Notes under the pieces: model-generated
The model's database searches: none
Told to the model about the DNA's origin: nothing
The model's input: only the letters and a program-made list of their open reading frames with translations
Assembly: GCA_000025185.1 (NCBI GenBank)
Contig: CP001848.1
Span: 6,120,001 to 6,152,000, forward strand
Length of the DNA: 32,000 nucleotides
Direction of reading: 5' to 3'
Source: Pirellula staleyi DSM 6068
Lineage (GTDB): Bacteria; Planctomycetota; Planctomycetia; Pirellulales; Pirellulaceae
Position numbers and translations under genes: made by a program
Shown: one piece after another, positions 26,029-32,000 of the stretch
How positions within the stretch are numbered: position 1 is the stretch's first letter
Layout: every line of letters starts with the position of its first letter

Positions 26029-27921
26029 ATGTATGCACCCCACTCGCGTGAAACGCTACGAAGCACGCGTCTCTTTTTGGGCGTGAAACACTCGCAGCGG
26101 AGTGGCAAGTTTCTCTTTAACGCCATCAGCGGGCTGACGGTGCTGGGCATTACCGCCGCCGTGGTATGGGCCGTTTTCTTCCGGGAAGTGAAGCCGGTGG
26201 AGGGCTCTGGTCCGATTGTGAACACGGTTTCGCAAGGGGCTTACGAGTTCGTGGTGACCGAGCAAGGGGAAATCGAGAACTCGAGCAACATCGAACTTCG
26301 CTGCGAAGTGAAGTCGCGCAACAACGGTGGCGTGACGATTCTTGAAGTCGTCCCCGAAGGCACACTGGTTCAAAAGGGAGATGTGCTCGTTCGTCTCGAC
26401 AGCAGCTCGCTTGATCTCGAACGGGTGCAGCAGCAAATCACCTGCAACACCAGCAACTCGCTGGTGATTCAAGCACGCAATACACTCGAAGCTGCCAAAA
26501 TCTCGCGCATCGAGTATCTCGAAGGGACGTTCAAGCAAGAAGAGAAGCTGATTCTGGCCGAAGTGTTCGTGGCTGAACAAGCGTTGCGAAGCGCTCAGCT
26601 GGCACTCGAATCGGCACAGCGTTTGGCTGCAAAGAACATTGTGAATCCGCTGCAACTCGAAGGTGCCCAGTTTGCGGTTGATAAAGCTCGCAACGAACTC
26701 GAAGCAGCTCAAACCAAACTCGAAGTGATTCGCAAATACACCCGCGAAAAGATGCTCAAGCAGTTCGATAGCGATATCGCTACTTCTGAAGCAAAACTAT
26801 CGGCTGAGGAGAACAGCTATCAACTTGAACTCGACAAACTCAAGGATGTCGAGCGTCAGATTGCTGGCTGTACGATCCTCGCTCCTGCTGCTGGACAAGT
26901 GGTTTACGCCAACAAGTTCAGCTCGGGGCGGAGTGGTTCGACCGCTGAATTCGTGGTCGAAGCGGGAGCGACTGTTCGCGAACAACAGCCGCTGATTCGC
27001 CTCCCCGATTCGAACTTGATGCACGTGAAAGCACTCATCAACGAAGCACGCATCACGCTGGTTCGTCCTGGCATGCCAGTGACGATTCGTGTCGATGCCA
27101 TTACCGACGAGCTCCTGCGGGGAGAAGTCACCAAGGTCAATCAGTATGCCGAGCCAGGTGGCTGGTCGAGCGGTAACGTGAAGAAATATGCCGCGTTTAT
27201 TCGAATCTTCGATCCACCAACCGCTCTTCGATCGGGCATGAATGCTGAAGTGCGCATCCACGTCGAAAGCCGTCCCGATGCCATTCAGGTTCCGGTGCAA
27301 GCTTTGGCAGAAGTGAAAGGTCATTACTTCTGCATGGTGAAAAACGGTGATAACTATGAGACTCGCGAAGTCTCGATCGGCAGCACCAACGACAAAACAG
27401 CGGTCATCGAAAAGGGGCTGCAAAGCGGAGAGTTGGTGGTGATGAATCCACGCGGCTATCCCGATCGCTTGCAACTTCCTGCGATCGCCGATGAACCGAC
27501 AGCAGCGATTGCATCGCGCGGTGCTGACGGAAGCAGCGTAACGCCTGCCAGCATGAATAATGCCCCCGGTGCCATGACTAAAAATGGCCCTCCTGGTCCT
27601 GGTGCAGCTCCCGGCCCTGGCGGCCCTCCTGGTGCTGGTGGACCCGGTGGTGGTCCTGGCGGCCCCGGAGGACCTGGTGGCCCACCCGGCGGTATGAATC
27701 CAGCGGCGATTGTGGCTCGCGCTATGGAGAGCGATACCGATGGGGATGGAAAACTGTCGGCTGCCGAGATTGGTGCGATGGAAGAACGTCGCCAGCGGAT
27801 GGTGGCCGACGCCGATACCAACGGCGATGGCTTCGTCGACCGTGGCGAGATCACCACCGCAGCCGCCGCCGTAATGCAGCGGATCAATCAAGCTCAAAAC
27901 ATTGGCGGAGGGGGCCAATGA
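26029..27921 (+). CDS. MacA/HlyD-type periplasmic adaptor (MFP) with a C-terminal Gly/Pro linker and a double EF-hand
   Basis: The product has an N-terminal TM anchor (GLTVLGITAAVVWAVFF) and a lipoyl/hairpin/beta-barrel layout (VLVRLD...coiled-coil...ILAPAAGQVVY...GMPVTIRVDA...). GP-rich residues are encoded at 27586-27693. The EF loops are DTDGDGKLSAAE (27733-27768) and DTNGDGFVDRGE (27814-27849). Confidence 0.9.
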   Translation: MYAPHSRETLRSTRLFLGVKHSQRSGKFLFNAISGLTVLGITAAVVWAVFFREVKPVEGSGPIVNTVSQGAYEFVVTEQGEIENSSNIELRCEVKSRNNGGVTILEVVPEGTLVQKGDVLVRLDSSSLDLERVQQQITCNTSNSLVIQARNTLEAAKISRIEYLEGTFKQEEKLILAEVFVAEQALRSAQLALESAQRLAAKNIVNPLQLEGAQFAVDKARNELEAAQTKLEVIRKYTREKMLKQFDSDIATSEAKLSAEENSYQLELDKLKDVERQIAGCTILAPAAGQVVYANKFSSGRSGSTAEFVVEAGATVREQQPLIRLPDSNLMHVKALINEARITLVRPGMPVTIRVDAITDELLRGEVTKVNQYAEPGGWSSGNVKKYAAFIRIFDPPTALRSGMNAEVRIHVESRPDAIQVPVQALAEVKGHYFCMVKNGDNYETREVSIGSTNDKTAVIEKGLQSGELVVMNPRGYPDRLQLPAIADEPTAAIASRGADGSSVTPASMNNAPGAMTKNGPPGPGAAPGPGGPPGAGGPGGGPGGPGGPGGPPGGMNPAAIVARAMESDTDGDGKLSAAEIGAMEERRQRMVADADTNGDGFVDRGEITTAAAAVMQRINQAQNIGGGGQ

Positions 27922-28658
27922 GTGTTGCCGCTCAAATGGTGGACATCAAGAAAGAGTATGTCCTCAAGAGCGAAACCGTTCGAGCGCTGCGAGGCGTCAG
28001 CTTCACCGTTCCCGAAGGGGATTATGTAGCGATCATGGGCCCTTCGGGGTCGGGTAAAAGTACCCTCCTCAATCTGCTCGGCTGTCTCGATCGCCCGACT
28101 TTTGGTTCGTTCTATCTGGGGACCGACGATGTCTCGAAGATGAACGACGATCAGCTGTCGCACATTCGGGCGTCGCGCATCGGATTTGTCTTTCAGTCGT
28201 ACAACTTGATCCAGCAGCTGACGGTGGTAGAGAACATTGAAGTTCCCCTCTACTACCAAGGAAGAGTGAACGCCGCCTCGCGCAAACGATGCCGCGAACT
28301 TGCGCAGCTGGTGGGGCTTGGCCAGCGTCTCGATCACCGTCCCACGCAGTTGTCGGGTGGTCAGCAGCAGCGTGTGGCGATCGCCCGCAGCCTGGTGAAC
28401 GATCCGTACTTTATTCTGGCTGACGAAGCGACAGGGAACCTCGACTCTGTCACCACTGAAGAGATCCTGGCTCTTTTCGAGCGACTGAACGACGAGGGGC
28501 GCACGATCATCATGGTGACGCACGAAGACGAAGTGGCGGCCCATGCCAAGCGCGTGATTCGACTGCGCGACGGTCTGCTGCAATCCGACATTCAAAACGA
28601 AACTCGTATCCACGCGAAGCCAAAACCACGACCACCCGAGCCCGAGATGGCTCACTAA
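27918..28658 (+). CDS. MacB/LolD-type ABC transporter ATP-binding protein
   Basis: The product has Walker A GPSGSGKST, the Q-loop, the signature LSGGQQQRVAIARSL, Walker B ILADEATGNLD and the H-loop VTHE. The start overlaps the adaptor stop (ATGA at 27918-27921). Confidence 0.95.
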   Translation: MSVAAQMVDIKKEYVLKSETVRALRGVSFTVPEGDYVAIMGPSGSGKSTLLNLLGCLDRPTFGSFYLGTDDVSKMNDDQLSHIRASRIGFVFQSYNLIQQLTVVENIEVPLYYQGRVNAASRKRCRELAQLVGLGQRLDHRPTQLSGGQQQRVAIARSLVNDPYFILADEATGNLDSVTTEEILALFERLNDEGRTIIMVTHEDEVAAHAKRVIRLRDGLLQSDIQNETRIHAKPKPRPPEPEMAH

Positions 28659-28801
28659 GCAGCCACCATTCGCAGCCATCAGCACGGCGCACGCTGACTG
28701 CGATTCGGCCGTCACCTTAGGTTTTTGTCAGCTCCGAATTGCGGTCCGATTTTGCCAGAGCCTATTAGCCTTGCTCGTAAATTAGTGAAGTAGCTCGTGC
28801 C

Positions 28802-30217
28802 ATGTTTTTCTTACGTACCTTTCACCTGGGACTCAAAAGCTTGCTTTTGCATCCCATGCGCTCGCTCCTCACGGTGCTAGGTATTTTCATTGGCGTGGCA
28901 AGCGTGATTTGGCTCCTCGCCATTGGCGAGGGGATTAGCCAAGAGGCGCAGCGACAAATCGAGGGACTCGGTGCCGACAACATCATTGTGCGGAGCATCA
29001 AACCACCAGCCGAGGCAACCTCGGGCTTCAGTGGACCGGTTCCCTACGGCCTGAAGCGCGACGAGTTCTATCTTTTGCGCGATACCATTCCCACGGTTCG
29101 CAGCGCGCTGCCGATTCGCGAAGTTCGCCGCACGTTCAACTACGAAGGACGCAATGTCGATGGCCGTCTGGTCGGCTGCACCAGCGAATACTTCGACGTG
29201 ATGCATCTGGAGCTCGATCGTGGGCGACTGCTCACGGATGCCGATGGCCAGAAGCGAAAAAACTACTGCGTGCTGTCGTACGATCTGGCACTCGAACTCT
29301 TTCCGATCCTCGACCCAGTCGGCAAAGCGGTCTACCTACCTGAAACACGCGATTTCTATGAAATCGTCGGTGTGCTGAAGTATCGCAATCCGAGTGCGGC
29401 CGTCGGCGGATCGCTAGAAGCCCAGGACTTTGGAAGCGACGTTTACATTCCGATCGAGACCCTGCGTCAGCAAGTGGGGGATACGGTCGTGACTCGTCGC
29501 GGTAGTTCGTTTAGCGCTGAAACGGTCGAGCTGAATCAAATTACGCTCCGCATCGATAGTGTCGAACGGGTGCGTGATACGGCGGTGCTCGTCCGAAAAA
29601 CACTCCGTTTGCGAGATGATAGTTCGCGTAAGGCAGTGGCCAGCAAATCGAAGTCCCCAGGTCCGGCAGCGAATGAAGTAAGCGCCACTGAAAGCATGGA
29701 AGGGCCGGTGCGAACCGATGTCGCCCTGATCGTTCCCGAGGAATTGCTCGAGCAAGCCCGCGTGACACGCATGATGTTCATGCTCTTCATGGGACTGATC
29801 GCTGCCATTTCGCTGCTTGTTGGTGGCATCGGCATTATGAATATCATGCTGGCCACCGTGACGGAGCGGACGCGCGAGATTGGTATTCGCCGAGCGCTCG
29901 GGGCCACACGCAATCATATTGTGCTGCAGTTCCTCGTCGAGACAATCTCGCTCTCAGTGGTGGGTGGTCTCACAGGTATATTGGCCGGACTCTTATGTCC
30001 TTTGGTCATTAATGGTGTGCGGGAGTTAATGTTTATGTATGCTCCCGAATTAATGGCCGACCTGCCCGATGTCGCTCGCACCCTAGAACCTCAAATTGTT
30101 TGGGGTTCGCTGCCGCTGGCATTTGGTATTTCGGTCGCGGTGGGTGTGGTGTTTGGTATCTACCCCGCCATTCGCGCCGCTCGCATGGACCCGATCGAAG
30201 CCCTGCGACACGAGTAA
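28802..30217 (+). CDS. MacB-type ABC transporter permease (periplasmic core domain plus FtsX domain)
   Basis: The N-terminus is LKSLLLHPMRSLLTVLGIFIGVASVI. A large periplasmic domain follows. The FtsX signature is LLVGGIGIMNIMLATVTERTREIGIRRALGA, and the C-terminus is YPAIRAARMDPIEALRHE. Confidence 0.93.
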   Translation: MFFLRTFHLGLKSLLLHPMRSLLTVLGIFIGVASVIWLLAIGEGISQEAQRQIEGLGADNIIVRSIKPPAEATSGFSGPVPYGLKRDEFYLLRDTIPTVRSALPIREVRRTFNYEGRNVDGRLVGCTSEYFDVMHLELDRGRLLTDADGQKRKNYCVLSYDLALELFPILDPVGKAVYLPETRDFYEIVGVLKYRNPSAAVGGSLEAQDFGSDVYIPIETLRQQVGDTVVTRRGSSFSAETVELNQITLRIDSVERVRDTAVLVRKTLRLRDDSSRKAVASKSKSPGPAANEVSATESMEGPVRTDVALIVPEELLEQARVTRMMFMLFMGLIAAISLLVGGIGIMNIMLATVTERTREIGIRRALGATRNHIVLQFLVETISLSVVGGLTGILAGLLCPLVINGVRELMFMYAPELMADLPDVARTLEPQIVWGSLPLAFGISVAVGVVFGIYPAIRAARMDPIEALRHE

Positions 30218-30243
30218 TCACGACGATCTCCAGCGCGAGGCGA

Positions 30244-30705
30244 ATGTTTTTGTCCAAGCGAATTTATACTCGCGCCTCTGCGTCACTAATCTGCAGCGGG
30301 ATAGCTCTCGATCCACTGCAAGTGACTGTGGCACTGCGGTTGCCGCCCGATGCTCAGTTTCGCAAGGATGAACCACGCCTCGTACGAAGGCGTTCGGGGA
30401 AAATAGAAGAGCTTCCGGCTCATCAGTTTGGGCACTGGAGCATAAGCTCCGAAAAATGGGTCGATTCTCCGCAGTTACACATACATCTTGCGTGGCTGCT
30501 CGAGCAACTAGAGCCAAAATTAGCTGCCATCAATGATCTGAAATCGCTGGGTTCCGATTTCAAGTTCTTCTGTTTTTCTGTGGGAGCCACTCAATCTCCC
30601 CCGTCTCTTCCTCGCACGATTCGAAGTCGTGCAAAGCAGCTCGGCATTGAAATCGTGATAGACCATTACGACTCGTCGACCGACCCAATCGAGTCAAATT
30701 CTTAA
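30244..30705 (+). CDS. DUF4279-like small cytoplasmic protein
   Basis: The ATG at 30244 lies 26 nt after the permease stop. The layout is an LDPLQVT..LRLPPD..FRKDEP...G.WSISSE....LHIHLAWLLEQLEPKLAAINDL...FFCFS...LPRTIRSRAKQLGIEIVIDHY pattern. It matches my recollection of DUF4279 but is not verified. Confidence 0.65.
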   Translation: MFLSKRIYTRASASLICSGIALDPLQVTVALRLPPDAQFRKDEPRLVRRRSGKIEELPAHQFGHWSISSEKWVDSPQLHIHLAWLLEQLEPKLAAINDLKSLGSDFKFFCFSVGATQSPPSLPRTIRSRAKQLGIEIVIDHYDSSTDPIESNS

Positions 30706-31203
30706 CAGGCCTAAAGCTCGCTAGCAACGAGCCCCAACAGCCTTTGCAAACTCTGCGGCCCCCCTGTGCGTAGCACTTCTCGCCTGCCGCGCCCGCAAAT
30801 GAACCGCTGCGGACTTCCTGCGTACTGACTGGGAGGGTTGTAGGGTTTGTAGGGGCTAAATGTAAAAATACATGAGCAGGCGAAGCTTTAAGGTGCGCGC
30901 CTGTCGGCAGTCGCCTTAAGAATCTTCAAAGAAATTTAGAAAACGTAAGCTATTGTCCATACGTAGGTTAACGTGCGGACTTTAGCCCCTGTTAAAATAA
31001 ATGGTTTGCCAGGGGCTCGAAAGTTCTGCACACTCATCTGTAGGGTCATTTTGTCGCACCTTGGCAGGGCGACGTGCGGACTCGAAGCGCTCAGAAACGA
31101 GCGGTTGCATGCGGTGATGCCAGCAGGATGCTACCAGCCGCAACTTGATTGTCAGCATTTGAAGTTCTGTTGGGCGCTTGGTCATCTTGTGGGAGTGATG
31201 TTT

Positions 31204-32000
31204 ATGAAGGGTACTCTTCGAAGCCTTGTGGCTCGCTCGTTCTGGGCAGGCCTGCTTGCTGCCGGTCTATGCACCGCAGCTACGACGGCACGTGCTCAGG
31301 AGTGCTGCACCCCGGCCTATCGCGTGGTGCAGAAAGTGGTCTACGACCAGGTTCCAGTGACGACTTATCGCCTGGAATATGAAACGGTGATGCAGCAGCG
31401 GCAAATCACCACGCAGCGTCCGGAATATGTCACCGAGGTGCGTCAGCGAGCTTATCGCGTCGCCAAGCCGGTGATCGAAACCAGCACGCGCGAAGAAAAA
31501 TACACCGTTCTCAAGCCGGTTTATGAAACCGAGTATCGGGAAGAAGCCTACGACCGCGTGACTTATGTCACCGAGACCGAGACTCGCCAAGAGCGCTACA
31601 CCGTCGCTCGGCCGGTCTACGAGACGCAAATGCGTCAGTCTCAGCACATGGTGCGGCGTCCGGTGCAAGAGACCGTGATGCAGCAGCAGAACTACACCAC
31701 CTATCAGCCAGTGACGACCTACCGCACGCAGACGGTCGACCAAGGTGGATTTGTCGACAACATGGTCTATCAGCCAGGTCGCTCGCGAAATCGCTTGGCG
31801 TGGCTCGATCGGGGCTATTTGACCGATCCTGTCACCGGCCAACTGGTGCAGCAGCGTGGTGGCTTGCACTGGGTTCCTTCGCAGAATCCTGGTGTCTATC
31901 AGGTGCAGCGCCAGTACGTTCCGAACTTGGTGACGCAGCAGATTCCTGTGACGCAGTATCAGCCTCAAGTCGTGACGCAGCAGACCCCTGTGCAAGTGAC
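31204..32000 (+). CDS. Secreted YTV-repeat protein, N-terminal part (continues beyond the window); not in the supplied ORF track
   Basis: My own translation of frame 1 finds no stop from 31198 to the window end. GGGAG at 31191-31195 lies 8 nt before the ATG at 31204. The signal peptide is MKGTLRSLVARSFWAGLLAAGLCTAATTARA-QE. The body has repeats of about 16-17 aa: EKYTVLKPVYETEYREE, ERYTVARPVYETQMRQ, VRRPVQETVMQQQ. These match the YTV repeat family described from Rhodopirellula. Confidence 0.8.
   Translation, partial: MKGTLRSLVARSFWAGLLAAGLCTAATTARAQECCTPAYRVVQKVVYDQVPVTTYRLEYETVMQQRQITTQRPEYVTEVRQRAYRVAKPVIETSTREEKYTVLKPVYETEYREEAYDRVTYVTETETRQERYTVARPVYETQMRQSQHMVRRPVQETVMQQQNYTTYQPVTTYRTQTVDQGGFVDNMVYQPGRSRNRLAWLDRGYLTDPVTGQLVQQRGGLHWVPSQNPGVYQVQRQYVPNLVTQQIPVTQYQPQVVTQQTPVQV

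Noticed and set aside
27586-27693. Repetitive ggNccN DNA, considered as a tandem repeat or CRISPR-like element
   Set aside because: It is in frame within the adaptor gene and encodes a Gly/Pro linker. There is no spacer-repeat organisation.
26797-28715. Minus-strand ORFs of 373 aa and 273 aa opposite the adaptor and ATPase genes
   Set aside because: They are antisense to genes with Walker/ABC signature and HlyD-type motifs, so they are shadow ORFs.
31267-31995. 242-aa minus-strand ORF (the only track entry at the window end)
   Set aside because: The product is a monotonous Leu/Arg/His-rich sequence. The opposite strand has an SD, a signal peptide and YTV repeats, so the + strand is the real gene.

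Overview
The window is a densely coding, moderately GC-rich chromosomal segment. I did not compute the GC content. Gene content suggests a Planctomycetota (Pirellulales-like) genome: a DUF1559/H-X9-DG pseudopilin, a YTV-repeat protein, and a secreted protein with an RRxLxxExLExRxL-type leader. I support about 27 protein genes and several hairpin terminators. I saw no rRNA, tRNA, CRISPR array, transposase or prophage. Housekeeping genes are the aspS 3' end, rlmN, gap, lepA, xerC, an M20 peptidase, a ROK kinase and a PIG-L deacetylase. They are interspersed with lineage-typical accessory genes.

The most unusual block spans 21.6-30.7 kb and looks like a MacAB-TolC-type tripartite efflux locus. 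It encodes a MarR regulator, translationally coupled (ATGA overlap) to an oversized 1111-aa TolC-like lipoprotein. A 528-nt non-coding gap follows. Next come a 630-aa MacA-like adaptor, a MacB-type ATPase (second ATGA overlap), an FtsX/MacB permease and a tightly following DUF4279 gene. The adaptor's C-terminus carries a Gly/Pro linker and two canonical EF-hand calcium loops.

Other points worth a second look:
- A signal-peptide YTV-repeat ORF at 31204 runs off the window end and is absent from the supplied ORF track.
- A structured 500-bp leader lies upstream of that ORF and has mutually exclusive pairings.
- A DUF1559 pseudopilin sits next to a small lipoprotein in a two-gene cassette.
- An orphan radical SAM gene is divergent from a secreted GDGDD-repeat protein.
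- A gene encodes a protein with two TM helices and a long coiled coil.

All family assignments come from reading motifs by eye; no searches were run.
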